The position numbers were made by a program, and so were the translations under genes. Shown here piece after piece: positions 1 through 10,678 of a stretch of 64,000 nucleotides of DNA (positions within the stretch are counted from its first letter, which is position 1; each line of letters starts with the position of its first letter). A model generated the notes under the pieces. It was not told the DNA's origin. It saw only the letters and a program-made list of their open reading frames with translations, and made no database searches. This DNA is from an uncultured Clostridium sp. (GTDB lineage Bacteria; Bacillota_I; Bacilli_A; RF39; UBA660), in contig CAZOBH010000004.1 of the NCBI GenBank assembly GCA_964578175.1, positions 1,611-65,610 on the forward strand. Direction: 5' to 3'.

Positions 1-257
1 TCAAATACTGCTTGGATAAATAATCCGTAGTTAACTGTTAATTTACCAACAGTGAAACTTAATCCTTTGAAATTAATTCCTCCAAGAATAGCTCCTAGTA
101 AATCAGTTAATATAGAAGTAAATGCTGTAACGATATTACTGAAGGCACCACCTATAATAACTCCAACTGCTAAGTCAAGAACATTTCCTCTTGAGATAAA
201 TTCTTTAAATTCACTTATTAGACCTTTAGATTTTTCTTTTAATTCCTTTTTTTCCAT
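1..257 (-). CDS. mscL: Large-conductance mechanosensitive channel MscL, N-terminal ~85 codons (3' end runs off the window)
   Basis: Reverse-strand translation from ATG at 257..255 gives MEKKELKEKSKGLISEFKEFISRGNVLDLAVGVIIGGAFSNIV..., the canonical MscL N-terminus and TM1. AGAGGTGA RBS lies just upstream on the minus strand. Track ORF 52..315(+) is its antisense shadow. Confidence 0.8.
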   Translation of the reverse strand, partial: MEKKELKEKSKGLISEFKEFISRGNVLDLAVGVIIGGAFSNIVTAFTSILTDLLGAILGGINFKGLSFTVGKLTVNYGLFIQAVF

Positions 258-304
258 AAATTCACCTCTTGCCCAATATTATATCACAATTTTTCTTTTT
301 TGTA

Positions 305-333
305 TTGACTTATAAATATCTTAATGATATATT
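305..333 (+). promoter_or_regulatory. Candidate sigma-A promoter of the str operon (TTGACT-17 nt-TATATT with TGn extension)
   Basis: TTGACT at 305..310, 17-nt spacer, TATATT at 328..333 preceded by TGA. Located in the mscL/rpsL intergenic region about 100 nt upstream of rpsL. Confidence 0.45.
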
Positions 334-432
334 ATTCATGTTTGTTAAATGGGATTTTGCTATGCAAAATTTATATTTAATATATATTATGACACACCCG
401 GAAGTGTGTAGAGAAAGGAGAACTTATTTTAT

Positions 433-846
433 ATGACTACAATTAATCAATTAGTTAAAAAAGGTAGAGGTAATAAAGTTAGAAAACCAAAATCACCAGT
501 TTTAAGATTTGGATTAAATAGTGTACAAAAGAAAAGAACAATACAAATTTCACCACAAAAACGTGGAGTATGTACTCGTGTTGGAACTATGACACCTAAG
601 AAACCAAACTCAGCACTTCGTAAATATGCTCGTGTACGTTTAAGTAATGGTACAGAAGTAACTTGCTATATACCTGGAATTGGACATAACTTACAAGAAC
701 ATAGCGTTGTTTTAATTCGTGGTGGACGTGTTAAGGACTTAATCGGAGTACGTTATCATATCATTCGTGGTACATTAGATACTGCTGGTGTTAAAGATAG
801 AAAAAAAGCTCGTAGTAAATATGGTGCTAAAAAACCTAAAAAATAA
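433..846 (+). CDS. rpsL: 30S ribosomal protein S12 (uS12)
   Basis: 137 aa with [30 protein letters not shown] and [24 protein letters not shown] motifs. First gene in the rpsL-rpsG-fusA-tuf order; GGAG RBS. Confidence 0.97.
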   Translation: MTTINQLVKKGRGNKVRKPKSPVLRFGLNSVQKKRTIQISPQKRGVCTRVGTMTPKKPNSALRKYARVRLSNGTEVTCYIPGIGHNLQEHSVVLIRGGRVKDLIGVRYHIIRGTLDTAGVKDRKKARSKYGAKKPKK

Positions 847-878
847 AAATATAATAATTTAAGAAAGGAGGATATATT

Positions 879-1346
879 ATGCGTAAAAGACGTGCAGTAA
901 AAAGAGACGTTTTACCAGATCCAATATATAATTCAAAAGTTATAACTAAATTAGTTAATACAATTATGTTAGATGGTAAAAAAGGTGTTGCTCAAACTAT
1001 TCTATATAAATCATTCGATATGATTAAAGAGAAAACTGGAAAAGATCCAATGGAAGTTTTCACTCAAGCTATGGAAAATATTACACCACAACTTGAAGTT
1101 AAATCTCGTAGAGTAGGTGGATCAAACTATCAAGTACCAATCGAAGTTACACCTGCTAGAGGACAAGCTTTAGCTCTTCGTTGGTTAGTACAATATTCAA
1201 GATCTAGAGGAGGTCATGGTATGGCTGAAAATCTAGCTAATGAATTAATAGATGCTTCAAACGGAACAGGTGGAGCAGTTAAAAAACGTGAAGATACACA
1301 TAGAATGGCAGAAGCTAATAAAGCATTTGCTCACTATCGTTGGTAG
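879..1346 (+). CDS. rpsG: 30S ribosomal protein S7 (uS7)
   Basis: 155 aa with [15 protein letters not shown]..., [15 protein letters not shown] and the C-terminal [19 protein letters not shown]. Confidence 0.97.
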   Translation: MRKRRAVKRDVLPDPIYNSKVITKLVNTIMLDGKKGVAQTILYKSFDMIKEKTGKDPMEVFTQAMENITPQLEVKSRRVGGSNYQVPIEVTPARGQALALRWLVQYSRSRGGHGMAENLANELIDASNGTGGAVKKREDTHRMAEANKAFAHYRW

Positions 1347-1362
1347 AAAGGAGAGATAGTAT

Positions 1363-3435
1363 ATGGCACGTGATACATCTTTATTAAATACAAGAAATAT
1401 TGGTATTATGGCTCATATCGATGCAGGTAAGACAACTTGTACTGAACGTATCTTATTCCTTACTCATAAAATTCATAAAATTGGTGAAACTCATGAAGGT
1501 GAGTCACAAATGGACTGGATGGAGCAAGAAAAAGAACGTGGAATTACAATTACATCAGCTGCAACTACTGCTTACTGGAAAGGATATCGTTATAACATTA
1601 TCGATACTCCAGGTCACGTAGATTTCACAGTTGAAGTTAGTCGTAGTTTAAGAGTACTAGATGGAGCAATTGCATTGTTAGATGCTCAAGCTGGAGTTGA
1701 ACCTCAAACAGAAACTGTTTGGAGACAAGCTACAGAATTTAAAGTACCTAGATTAATCTTTGCAAATAAGATGGATAAAATGGGGGCTAATTTTGAATAT
1801 ACATTAAAGACTATTGATTCTCGTCTTGGAGTTAATGCTAAACCAATTCAATGGCCAATCGGAGCTGAAAATGAATTCCATGGTGTTGTTGATTTAGTAA
1901 CCAACAAGGCTTATGAATTTGATGGAACTGAACAAGAAGAAGCAACAGAGATTGAAATACCTGAAGATTTAAAAGCAATCGTTGAAGAAAAAAGAAACGA
2001 TTTAATTGAAACAGTTTCTATGTTTGATGAAGAATTAATGAACAAATATCTAGAAGGACAAGAAGTTACAGCTGAAGAAATTAAAAAAGCTATAAGAAAA
2101 GGAACTCTAGATGTAGAATTCTTCCCAGTTATGTGCGGAACTGCTTTAGGAAATATGGGAATTAAACCATTACTAGATGCTATTATTGATTATTTACCAT
2201 CACCACTTGATGTTGAATCAATTAAAGGAACTAATCCTAAAACAGGTGAAGAAGAAGATAGAAAACCTTCTGATGATCAACCATTTAGTTCTTTAGCATT
2301 TAAAGTTATGACAGATCCATTCGTTGGACGTTTAACTTTCTTCAGAGTTTATTCAGGACACTTAAGTAGTGGATCTTATGTATTAAATTCTACTAAAGAT
2401 GCAAAAGAAAGAATTGGACGTATCTTATTAATGCATGCTAATGATCGTACTGAAATATCTGATGTATATACAGGAGATATAGCTGCTGCAGTAGGACTTA
2501 AAAATACTACTACTGGAGACACTTTATGTGACGAGAAGAAACCAGTTATTCTTGAATCTATGGAATTCCCAGAACCAGTTATTCAATTAGCTGTTGAACC
2601 TAAATCTAAAGCTGATCAAGATAAGATGGGTGTTGCTCTTCAAAAGCTTGCTGAAGAAGATCCAACATTTAGAGTATCAACAGATCATGAAACTGGACAA
2701 ACAGTTATTGCTGGAATGGGTGAACTACACCTAGACGTATTAGTAGATAGAATGAGAAGAGAATTTGGAGTTGAAGCTAATATTGGTCAACCACAAGTTG
2801 CTTATCGTGAAACTATTAAACAAGCAGGAGACTGTGAAGGAAAATATATCAAACAATCTGGTGGACGTGGACAATATGGACATGTTTGGGTTAAATTTGA
2901 ACCAAATCCAGGTAAAGGATATGAATTCGTTGATGAAGTTGTTGGTGGAGTTGTTCCAAGAGAATATATTCCAGTTGTAGATAAAGGATTACAAGATGCT
3001 ATGGAAAGTGGAATCGTTGCTGGATATCCAATGATCGATATTAAAGCAACATTACATGATGGTTCTTACCATGAAGTAGACTCTAATGAAAACTCATTTA
3101 AGGTTGCTGCTAGTTATGCCCTTAAAGAAGCTAAAAATAAATGTAATCCAGTATTACTTGAACCAATAATGAAAGTTGATGTTACTGTACCAGATGAATA
3201 TTTTGGTAATGTAATGGGAGACTTAACTAGTAGAAGAGGAAAACCTCTTGGTCAAGAAAACGTTGGAAATGCTGTTAGACTTTCAGCTATGGTACCTTTA
3301 GCAGAAATGTTTGGATATGCTACTTCATTAAGAAGTAACAGCCAAGGAAGAGGAAACTTTATTATGACATTTGATCATTATGAAGAAGTTCCTAAGAATA
3401 TTGCTGAAGATATTATTAAAAAAAGTGGAAATTAA
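1363..3435 (+). CDS. fusA: Translation elongation factor G
   Basis: 690 aa with GTPase motifs [17 protein letters not shown] and NKMD. Full-length EF-G-like sequence in the conserved position after rpsG. Confidence 0.97.
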   Translation: MARDTSLLNTRNIGIMAHIDAGKTTCTERILFLTHKIHKIGETHEGESQMDWMEQEKERGITITSAATTAYWKGYRYNIIDTPGHVDFTVEVSRSLRVLDGAIALLDAQAGVEPQTETVWRQATEFKVPRLIFANKMDKMGANFEYTLKTIDSRLGVNAKPIQWPIGAENEFHGVVDLVTNKAYEFDGTEQEEATEIEIPEDLKAIVEEKRNDLIETVSMFDEELMNKYLEGQEVTAEEIKKAIRKGTLDVEFFPVMCGTALGNMGIKPLLDAIIDYLPSPLDVESIKGTNPKTGEEEDRKPSDDQPFSSLAFKVMTDPFVGRLTFFRVYSGHLSSGSYVLNSTKDAKERIGRILLMHANDRTEISDVYTGDIAAAVGLKNTTTGDTLCDEKKPVILESMEFPEPVIQLAVEPKSKADQDKMGVALQKLAEEDPTFRVSTDHETGQTVIAGMGELHLDVLVDRMRREFGVEANIGQPQVAYRETIKQAGDCEGKYIKQSGGRGQYGHVWVKFEPNPGKGYEFVDEVVGGVVPREYIPVVDKGLQDAMESGIVAGYPMIDIKATLHDGSYHEVDSNENSFKVAASYALKEAKNKCNPVLLEPIMKVDVTVPDEYFGNVMGDLTSRRGKPLGQENVGNAVRLSAMVPLAEMFGYATSLRSNSQGRGNFIMTFDHYEEVPKNIAEDIIKKSGN

Positions 3436-3532
3436 TATAAAATAAGTTTGCCTTTTATTTAAAATAAAATAGTTGATAATTATTCAATTATTAGATAAAA
3501 TAAAGTAGTAATGAAAAAAGGAGGAAATAAAA

Positions 3533-4717
3533 ATGGCAAAAGAAAAATTTAATAGAAGTAAACCACATGTTAACATTGGTACTATCGGACACGTAGACCA
3601 TGGTAAAACAACATTAACTGCTGCTATTACTAAAAGATTAGCAGAAAAAGGTGGAGCTGAATTCGTTGATTATGCAAATATCGACAAAGCACCAGAAGAA
3701 AGAGAACGTGGAATTACAATTAACACTGCTCACGTTGAATATGAAACTGACAAACGTCACTATGCACACGTTGACTGTCCAGGACATGCTGACTATGTTA
3801 AAAACATGATCACTGGAGCTGCTCAAATGGATGGAGCTATCTTAGTTATTGCTGCTACAGATGGACCAATGCAACAAACTCGTGAACATATCTTATTATC
3901 TCGTCAAGTTGGAGTACCAAGAATGGTTGTATTCTTAAACAAATGTGACCAAGTTGATGACCCAGAAATGATCGAATTAGTTGAAGAAGAAGTTCGTGAA
4001 TTATTAAACGAATACGGATACGAAGGAGACAAAACTCCAATCATCAAAGGATCTGCTCTTAAAGCTCTTGAAGGTGATGAAAAATATGTTCCAGCTATCG
4101 ATGAATTAATGGATGCTGTAGATGAATGGATTCCAACTCCAGAACGTGATACTGACAAACCATTCTTAATGAGTATTGAAGATGTATTCACAATCACTGG
4201 ACGTGGAACTGTTGTTACTGGACGTGTTGAAAGAGGAAAGATTGGACTTAACGAAGAAGTTGAAATCGTTGGTATCAAAGATACTCAAAAGAGTGTTGTT
4301 ACTGGAATCGAAATGTTCAGAAAACAATTAGACTATGCTGAAGCAGGAGATAATGCTGGTATCTTATTACGTGGTATTTCTCGTGAACAAGTTGAACGTG
4401 GACAAGTTCTTGCTAAACCAGGAAGTGTTACACCTCACAAAAAATTCAGCGCTCAAGTATACGTTTTAACTAAAGAAGAAGGTGGACGTCATACTCCATT
4501 CTTTGCAAATTACAGACCACAATTCTATTTCAGAACAACTGATATTACAGGTGTAATTGAATTACCAGCAGGAACTGACATGGTTATGCCAGGAGATAAT
4601 GTTGAACTTACTGTTGAATTAATTCACCCAATTGCTCTTGAAAATGGAACTAAGTTCTCTATCCGTGAAGGTGGAAGAACAGTTGGTGCTGGAAACGTAA
4701 CTAACATTATTGAATAA
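3533..4717 (+). CDS. tuf: Translation elongation factor Tu
   Basis: 394 aa with [18 protein letters not shown] and NKCD. Near-invariant EF-Tu sequence; AGGAGG RBS. Confidence 0.98.
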   Translation: MAKEKFNRSKPHVNIGTIGHVDHGKTTLTAAITKRLAEKGGAEFVDYANIDKAPEERERGITINTAHVEYETDKRHYAHVDCPGHADYVKNMITGAAQMDGAILVIAATDGPMQQTREHILLSRQVGVPRMVVFLNKCDQVDDPEMIELVEEEVRELLNEYGYEGDKTPIIKGSALKALEGDEKYVPAIDELMDAVDEWIPTPERDTDKPFLMSIEDVFTITGRGTVVTGRVERGKIGLNEEVEIVGIKDTQKSVVTGIEMFRKQLDYAEAGDNAGILLRGISREQVERGQVLAKPGSVTPHKKFSAQVYVLTKEEGGRHTPFFANYRPQFYFRTTDITGVIELPAGTDMVMPGDNVELTVELIHPIALENGTKFSIREGGRTVGAGNVTNIIE

Positions 4718-4725
4718 TTAAAATA

Positions 4726-4749
4726 AAAAGCTTCTAATGAAGCTTTTTT
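4726..4749 (+). terminator. Rho-independent terminator after tuf
   Basis: AAAAGCTTC-TAAT-GAAGCTTTT hairpin followed by a T-run. Confidence 0.7.
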
Positions 4750-4756
4750 ATTTATA

Positions 4757-4784
4757 TTAAAAGAAGAACAATTTTGTTCTTCTT
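4757..4784 (-). terminator. Candidate terminator of the FemAB-family gene (minus strand)
   Basis: AAGAAGAACA-ATT-TTGTTCTTCTT hairpin overlapping the stop codon. T-rich tail on the minus strand is weak. Confidence 0.45.
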
Positions 4785-6018
4785 ATTTTTTAACATTTTT
4801 ATAAATTGTATATATAGCATTGTTAACAACTAAGTTAAATTCTCCAATATATTCATATGCATATGCATTATAACTAAATTTCATTTCATTTAAACCTTTA
4901 TATTTATTTTGATTTCTATCAAATACCCCTGCTATAGCGTTTAAGTTAAAGTAATGAACATTTGATCCAGCATATTTTTCTATAATTTTCCATTTAGTTA
5001 AATATGTTGCACAAAGATTTGGATATCTACTATCATATCCTTCTACTATTAAGAATATTTTGTTTTTAAATTTTAAAGTTACAGTTACTCCAACTATTAA
5101 TCCATCTGGATAATCTCTTAATAAAGCAGTTGCTTCTACCATATGTTTTTTATATGAACTTAATAGTTTATCTGATTCCATTTTTTTGTTAAGAATTATA
5201 CTTAAGTTTTTACCTTTATATCCATCGTTTTGAATTATATTAGTTAAATAATCATTTAATTCCATTTCTTTTTCATAAGCATGTTTTGTACTTTCAACAT
5301 ATTGTGCAGTGTTTAATCTTGCGTAATACAATTCGCAGTTATCTCCAAATATTTTTCTTAATGATTCATAATATTGAAGATTAACAGTATCTTTATCTTT
5401 AATTAGATCATAAATTGATTCAAAACTAGTACTTTTATCATTATATACTTCTACACCATTTCTAGTTGCTTTTCTTAGTTTGTTCCTTGTTTGTTTTGAT
5501 AAGTTTTTAAATAAAGTTTGGGCATTATTTCTTAAATCGAGTTCTGCTTCCCATCTAGGCTTAACTGCTTCAAAATAATAATTGAATCCACAATGAGTAA
5601 ATCCACAATCTGTAAGTGTTTTTAAAACTACGTTTATATTATTATTTTTAGCTAAGACATTACCATGTCTATCTCTTTTTGATGATATTATTAATGGATC
5701 CATTTTAAATAATAAATATTTATCTTTTGATAAGAAAGATTTTAATTCTTTCATAGCGTCTCTTACTAATTGTTGATTACCATAATTTAGAATTACTCCA
5801 CGAGGAGCATAACCGTATTTAAATCCCATAAACATAGGTTTACTGAAAATCAGTAGAGCACCTAATAGTTGTCCATTGTGTTCAAAACCCAAGTAATCTT
5901 CTTTTAATCCAAACATAGATAAAAGTTTACCATAACCAGCACATTGATAGTAGCAATTGTAATTTATACTTGCAATATATCTATCGAAAGATTCAGGGTT
6001 TAAACGCACTACCTTCAT
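4783..6018 (-). CDS. FemAB/MurM-family peptidoglycan interpeptide-bridge aminoacyltransferase
   Basis: 411 aa. Family-like features are an N-terminal half with GYAPRGVIL, a central helical insert and a C-terminal acyltransferase half. GGAGGGG RBS. A paralog starts at 63360. Confidence 0.8.
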   Translation of the reverse strand: MKVVRLNPESFDRYIASINYNCYYQCAGYGKLLSMFGLKEDYLGFEHNGQLLGALLIFSKPMFMGFKYGYAPRGVILNYGNQQLVRDAMKELKSFLSKDKYLLFKMDPLIISSKRDRHGNVLAKNNNINVVLKTLTDCGFTHCGFNYYFEAVKPRWEAELDLRNNAQTLFKNLSKQTRNKLRKATRNGVEVYNDKSTSFESIYDLIKDKDTVNLQYYESLRKIFGDNCELYYARLNTAQYVESTKHAYEKEMELNDYLTNIIQNDGYKGKNLSIILNKKMESDKLLSSYKKHMVEATALLRDYPDGLIVGVTVTLKFKNKIFLIVEGYDSRYPNLCATYLTKWKIIEKYAGSNVHYFNLNAIAGVFDRNQNKYKGLNEMKFSYNAYAYEYIGEFNLVVNNAIYTIYKNVKK

Positions 6019-6088
6019 ATCTACCCCTCCATATATTAGTATTATAACATATAATTTTAACTTTGATATACAATTTACTTATTATTAT

Positions 6089-6117
6089 TTGCATTTTTTA
6101 TTTAAATATGTTAGATT
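6089..6117 (+). promoter_or_regulatory. Candidate promoter of secG (TTGCAT-17 nt-TAGATT, TGn extended)
   Basis: Hexamers with correct spacing, about 25 nt upstream of the secG RBS. Confidence 0.35.
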
Positions 6118-6140
6118 ATTAGAAGTGGAGGAGGGATATT

Positions 6141-6353
6141 ATGAAGGTATTTATGATTCTTATTTCAATAGCCCTAATAGCAATAGTATTATTACAAAGT
6201 AACAAAGCAGAAGATGCTTCACAATTACTATCTGGAGAAGCAGATTTATTTAGTCAAAGAAAAGAAAGAGGAACAGAATTATTTATTAGTAGATTAACTC
6301 TTGCTCTTGGAATTATTTTCTTCGCTGTTAGTTTAATAATGGAATTTATGTAG
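6141..6353 (+). CDS. secG: Preprotein translocase subunit SecG
   Basis: 70 aa with two TM helices and a VLLQS.K...L.G......F loop like Bacillus SecG. Conserved Firmicute order secG-rnr-smpB-ssrA. Confidence 0.75.
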   Translation: MKVFMILISIALIAIVLLQSNKAEDASQLLSGEADLFSQRKERGTELFISRLTLALGIIFFAVSLIMEFM

Positions 6354-6375
6354 ACTTTAAAAAGTCTTTTTTTTT
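6352..6375 (+). terminator. Rho-independent terminator after secG
   Basis: AGACTT-TAAAA-AAGTCT hairpin plus T8 run. Confidence 0.55.
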
Positions 6376-6428
6376 ACATTAAATAGATATTTAAAGGTAT
6401 TTATTATATAATATAATAGAGGTGCGAT

Positions 6429-8576
6429 ATGGAAAATAAGATACTAGCAATATTAAATGAATCAAATAAAGCTTTAACAGTAGATGAAATTAACCAAAAA
6501 TTAAATCTTAAAACTATAGAAGAAACAAAAGAGTTCTTAGATGTATTAAGAGAATTAGAAGAAAATGGAGATATATATTGTTCTAATAAAAATAGATATA
6601 TGTTATTTGACAAAAGTCCATTAAAAAAGGGAGTTTTAGAAGTTAATAAAAAGGGATTTGGTTTTGTTTCTGTTAAAGATATGGAAGATGTATATATTTC
6701 ATCTAAAGATATGAACGGAGCCATTCAAGGAGATACTGTTGTTATAGAAGTATCAGATAGAGATAATGATGGAAGACTTGAAGGTAGAGTGGTTAGAGTT
6801 ATAAAGAGAGATTTAAACACTTTTGTAGGTGAAGTTTTAATAAAAAATGATGGAATACATGTAATTCCAGATGATAAAAAAGTTAAATTAGATCTAATTA
6901 TTAAAAGTGACAAAGATAATTTAGGTGTAGTAGATGGACATAAAGTTTTAGTTACTTTAAAAGATAAAATTGCTGAAGATAAATATTATGTAGAATTAGA
7001 TAAAATAATAGGTCATAAAAATGATCCAGGAGTAGATATATTATCTATAGTATATAATTATAATATTAGAGATACATTCTATGATGAAACATTAGCTGAA
7101 CTTCCAGATATACCTGAAGAAATATCTGAAAAAGATAAAGTTGGAAGAAGAGATTTAACTGGAGAAATGATATTTACAATAGATGGAGATGACACTAAAG
7201 ATATAGATGATGCAATTTCACTTGATAAACTTCCAAATGGTAATTATAGATTGGGTGTACATATTGCAGATGTATCTTATTATGTTAAAGAAGGTAGTGC
7301 ATTAGATAAAGAAGCATATGAAAGAGGTACTAGTGTTTATCTAGTAGATAGAGTTATACCAATGTATCCACATAAGTTATCAAATGGAATTTGTTCGTTA
7401 AATCCTAATGTAGAAAGACTTGCTATATCATGTGTAATGGAAATAGATAAGAACGGAAAAACGGTTGATTATGAAATATTTGAAAGTGTAATAAAATCAC
7501 GTATTCAAATGACTTATAAAAAAGTTAATAAAGTAATTGAAGATAATGAAATTCCAGAAGGATATGAAGAGTTTGCAAAAAAACTTAAAGAAATGGATAA
7601 GTTATCTCAAATAATCAGGAAAGATAAAGATAGAAGAGGTTATATTAATTTTGATGTAGATGAAGTTAAGATATTGGTAGATGAGAATTGTCATCCGACT
7701 GATTTAGTTCTAAGAGAACGTGGTCGTGGAGAAAATATGATAGAAGATTTTATGATTTGCGCTAATGAATGTGTAGCTACCCATATCTTCTATATGAATT
7801 TACCATTTATATATCGTATACATGAAAAACCTAAAGAAGAAAAAATTAAAGCATATTTGGATTATTTATCAGGACTTGGAATACAAGTTAACGCTAATAT
7901 AAGAGATGTAAGTCCTAAAGCAATGCAAAATCTATTATATAGTCTTAAGGATAATGAAAACTACAAGATTTTAGCAACTCAATTATTAAGAAGTATGCAA
8001 AAAGCTGTTTATTATCCAGAAAACTTAGGGCATTATGGATTAGCTAGTAAATGTTATACTCATTTTACATCGCCTATTAGACGTTATCCTGATACAACTG
8101 TTCATAGATTATTAAGAACATATTTATTTAAAAATCAAATAGATCCTGAAACAGTCGGAAAGTGGGAAGCAATACTTCCAGAACTTGCGGATCATGCTTC
8201 AGAAATGGAAAGAGAATCAGTAGACTGTGAAAGAGATGTTGAAGATATGAAGATGGCTGAATATATGATGGATCATATTGGTGAAGAATTTGAAGGTATT
8301 ATTACTGGACTTGCTAATTTTGGTATGTTTGTACAATTACCTAATTTAGTTGAAGGATTAGTACATATAACAGAACTTGATGGTTATTTTATATATGATG
8401 AGAAATTACAAATTCTTATAGATAAAAAAACGAAAAAGAGATATTCTTTAGGTGAAAAAGTAAATGTTAAATGTATAGCAGCATCTAAAGAAGATAGATC
8501 AATTGATTTTGAATTAGTTAAAGGTGGGGACAAAAATGGCGAGAAGAAAGAGAAGAGTAAAGAAAACAGCAATTAA
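6429..8576 (+). CDS. rnr: Ribonuclease R (3'-5' exoribonuclease, RNB family)
   Basis: 715 aa with an N-terminal HTH/cold-shock-like region and an RNB core (IDGDDTKDIDDAIS, HFTSPIRRYPD). Also a C-terminal S1 domain and Lys-rich tail. Confidence 0.93.
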   Translation: MENKILAILNESNKALTVDEINQKLNLKTIEETKEFLDVLRELEENGDIYCSNKNRYMLFDKSPLKKGVLEVNKKGFGFVSVKDMEDVYISSKDMNGAIQGDTVVIEVSDRDNDGRLEGRVVRVIKRDLNTFVGEVLIKNDGIHVIPDDKKVKLDLIIKSDKDNLGVVDGHKVLVTLKDKIAEDKYYVELDKIIGHKNDPGVDILSIVYNYNIRDTFYDETLAELPDIPEEISEKDKVGRRDLTGEMIFTIDGDDTKDIDDAISLDKLPNGNYRLGVHIADVSYYVKEGSALDKEAYERGTSVYLVDRVIPMYPHKLSNGICSLNPNVERLAISCVMEIDKNGKTVDYEIFESVIKSRIQMTYKKVNKVIEDNEIPEGYEEFAKKLKEMDKLSQIIRKDKDRRGYINFDVDEVKILVDENCHPTDLVLRERGRGENMIEDFMICANECVATHIFYMNLPFIYRIHEKPKEEKIKAYLDYLSGLGIQVNANIRDVSPKAMQNLLYSLKDNENYKILATQLLRSMQKAVYYPENLGHYGLASKCYTHFTSPIRRYPDTTVHRLLRTYLFKNQIDPETVGKWEAILPELADHASEMERESVDCERDVEDMKMAEYMMDHIGEEFEGIITGLANFGMFVQLPNLVEGLVHITELDGYFIYDEKLQILIDKKTKKRYSLGEKVNVKCIAASKEDRSIDFELVKGGDKNGEKKEKSKENSN

Positions 8577-9708
8577 ATATTTGTATTTATTTATATTTTT
8601 GGTTGTTTTAGTAGTAAGTACTGCATTATTTAGTAAAAATAAAATAACTGTTGCAGATAAAGCATCACTTAATGTTAGTGGAGAAGTTTACCCAATTAAA
8701 ACTAGCAAGTTATCTATTGCTATGGTAGGTGACTGTTTAATTCATTCAGCTGTATATAAAGATGCATATAGTGGAGGAAAATATAATTTCTATCCAAAGC
8801 TATCTAGTATGAAACCAGTTATTTCTAAATTTGACTTAGCTTATTATAATCAAGAAAGTATTCTAGGTGGTACTGAAATAGGTGTTTCAACTTATCCTAG
8901 ATTTAATTCTCCACAAGAAGTAGGAGATGCAATGATAGATACAGGATTTAATATTGTAAGTCTTGCCAATAACCATACTTTAGACAGAGGTAAAAATGCC
9001 ATTGTAAATTCTCGTAAATATTGGAATAGTCATAAAGATATCATGGTAAATGGAAGTGCGACTTCTCAAAAAGAAAAAGATGATATTCAAATCTTTGAAA
9101 AGAATGGAATTAAATATACAATGCTTTCATATACTACAACTACTAATGGAATACCTATGCCTAATGATTATTATGTTAATTGGTATAGTGAAGCTAATGT
9201 AAAAAAAGATATTGATAAAGTAAAAGATAAAACAGATGTAATAATGGTTGCAATGCACTGGGGTGTTGAATATAATACTGGTGTTACTCAAGAACAAAAA
9301 AATATTGCTAAATACTTAGCGTCTTTAGGAGTAAATATCGTAATAGGTGCTCATCCTCACGTAATAGAACCAGCAGAATATATAGATAATACATTAGTTA
9401 TATATTCATTGGGTAATTTCATTTCAGCTCAAAGAACTGATGAACAATTAAGTGGCTTATTAATGAGTGCTGATATTGTTAAAAAAGTAGATACAAAAAC
9501 AGGTGAATCTACTATAAGTATTGAAAATGCTACAGCGGATTTTACTTATACTTATAGAAATAAGTCTACTTTAAAAGGATATAAAGTATATCCATATAAA
9601 GATTTAAATGCTAATATTTTCCCTAATTATAAAAAGACGTATAATACTTTGAAAGAAAGAATGACAAGTATGGATAGCAAAATTAAAGTAAAAAGTTTGG
9701 AGAAATAA
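8536..9708 (+). CDS. CapA/PGA_cap-family metallophosphoesterase-like membrane-anchored protein
   Basis: N-terminal TM, then [22 protein letters not shown] and GAHPHVIEP motifs typical of CapA-family proteins. Start trimmed from the track GTG (8524) to the ATG at 8536, 6 nt after AAGGTGGGG. Overlaps the rnr 3' end. Confidence 0.75.
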   Translation: MARRKRRVKKTAIKYLYLFIFLVVLVVSTALFSKNKITVADKASLNVSGEVYPIKTSKLSIAMVGDCLIHSAVYKDAYSGGKYNFYPKLSSMKPVISKFDLAYYNQESILGGTEIGVSTYPRFNSPQEVGDAMIDTGFNIVSLANNHTLDRGKNAIVNSRKYWNSHKDIMVNGSATSQKEKDDIQIFEKNGIKYTMLSYTTTTNGIPMPNDYYVNWYSEANVKKDIDKVKDKTDVIMVAMHWGVEYNTGVTQEQKNIAKYLASLGVNIVIGAHPHVIEPAEYIDNTLVIYSLGNFISAQRTDEQLSGLLMSADIVKKVDTKTGESTISIENATADFTYTYRNKSTLKGYKVYPYKDLNANIFPNYKKTYNTLKERMTSMDSKIKVKSLEK

Positions 9709-9709
9709 T

Positions 9710-10144
9710 ATGGAAATTTTAAACAGAAAAGCAAGACATGATTATTTTATAGAAGAAGAATATGAATGTGGTATAGTTTTAACTGGAACAGAAATAAAAT
9801 CAATAAGATCAGGTAGTTGTAATATATCAGATAGCTATGCCATTGTAAGAAATGGAGAATTATTCTTACTTAACATGTTTATTTCTCATTATAAAGAAGG
9901 TAATATCTTTAATCATGATGAATCTAGAACAAGAAAACTATTAATGCATAAGAAAGAAATAAATAAAATAAATAATAAAATTAAATTAGAAGGTTATACA
10001 TTAGTTCCTTTAAAAGTATATTTTAAAAATAGTTATGCTAAAGTTTTACTTGGACTTGCAAAAGGTAAGAAGAATTATGATAAAAGAGAAACTATAAAAG
10101 AAAGAGATATAAAGAGAAAAATAGAAAAAGAATTAAAAAGATAA
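9710..10144 (+). CDS. smpB: SsrA-binding protein SmpB
   Basis: 144 aa with [25 protein letters not shown] and the C-terminal basic tail. Immediately upstream of tmRNA. Confidence 0.95.
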   Translation: MEILNRKARHDYFIEEEYECGIVLTGTEIKSIRSGSCNISDSYAIVRNGELFLLNMFISHYKEGNIFNHDESRTRKLLMHKKEINKINNKIKLEGYTLVPLKVYFKNSYAKVLLGLAKGKKNYDKRETIKERDIKRKIEKELKR

Positions 10145-10166
10145 GACATCGTTAAGATGTCTTTTT
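10143..10166 (+). terminator. Terminator after smpB
   Basis: AAGACATC-GTTAA-GATGTCTT hairpin plus T-run. Confidence 0.6.
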
Positions 10167-10178
10167 AAGTGCATATAT

Positions 10179-10207
10179 TTGATTTTATTAATAAAATATG
10201 GTAATAT
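10179..10207 (+). promoter_or_regulatory. Candidate ssrA promoter (TTGATT-17 nt-TAATAT, TGn extended)
   Basis: The -10 element ends about 10 nt before the GGGG 5' end of tmRNA. Confidence 0.5.
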
Positions 10208-10217
10208 TCATGTACAT

Positions 10218-10598
10218 GGGGTCGTTCTGGTTTCGACGGGATTGGACCGATGTAAGTAGCAAGTAGATGGCAATCTTTAAATGCATTCCTAAATATAAAC
10301 GGAAACAAAGTAAAAACTGTACTAGCTAACATGTTTGGTTCTCGCCAAGCTGTTGCTTTTGCCTAATAATATAACGGCGTACACTCTACTATTTCTTGCT
10401 TGTTGGAAATAAATAGGGTTCATTTAAACAAGATATATTATTATTTTGTTTAGGAGTAATAATGAATATTACTAAACTAGTTATAAGATAATTCGTTAAT
10501 TAGTTTTTCTTATAATGAAATATATTAGTTAACTAAACTTGTAGAAGCTTATAATTGATTGATTTCGGACGGGAGTTCAATTCTCCCCGGCTCCACCA
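10218..10598 (+). ncRNA. ssrA: tmRNA (SsrA)
   Basis: 5' GGGGTCGTTCTGGTTTCGACGGG and 3' GGACGGGAGTTCAATTCTCCCCGGCTCCACCA form the tRNA-like domain. Internal tag reading frame 10301..10363 ends in GCC TAA TAA. Lies directly after smpB. Confidence 0.93.
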
Positions 10599-10609
10599 TT
10601 AAAAAATAT

Positions 10610-10631
10610 AAAGAACATCAGTTCTTTTTTT
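10610..10631 (+). terminator. Terminator after ssrA
   Basis: AAAGAAC-ATCA-GTTCTTT hairpin plus T-run. Confidence 0.65.
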
Positions 10632-10678
10632 ATTGTAAAAAAAGTAAAAATATGAGATAAATATAATAGGTGAGTAGA

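Noticed and set aside
52-315. 87-aa + strand ORF at the left edge of the window
   Set aside because: It is the antisense shadow of mscL. The minus-strand translation gives a textbook MscL N-terminus with its own RBS, whereas the + strand product is low-complexity with no RBS.
3436-3532. fusA-tuf intergenic region as a possible regulatory RNA
   Set aside because: It is only an AT-rich spacer with a plausible internal tuf promoter (TTGATA-17 nt-TAAAAT). No conserved-looking structure is visible.
6352-6375. Near-identical TAGACTTTAAAAGTCTTTTTTTT hairpins at 6352..6375 and 28523..28544 (a related one at 18516..18543) as a dispersed repeat or miniature mobile element
   Set aside because: Each sits exactly at a gene end and works as a plain intrinsic terminator. 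The shared sequence is only ~24 nt of low complexity, with no flanking inverted repeats or target duplications.
8536-9708. CapA-like gene as evidence for a poly-gamma-glutamate capsule locus
   Set aside because: No capB or capC (pgsB/pgsC) genes are nearby. Stand-alone CapA-family metallophosphoesterases are common and not diagnostic of PGA synthesis.
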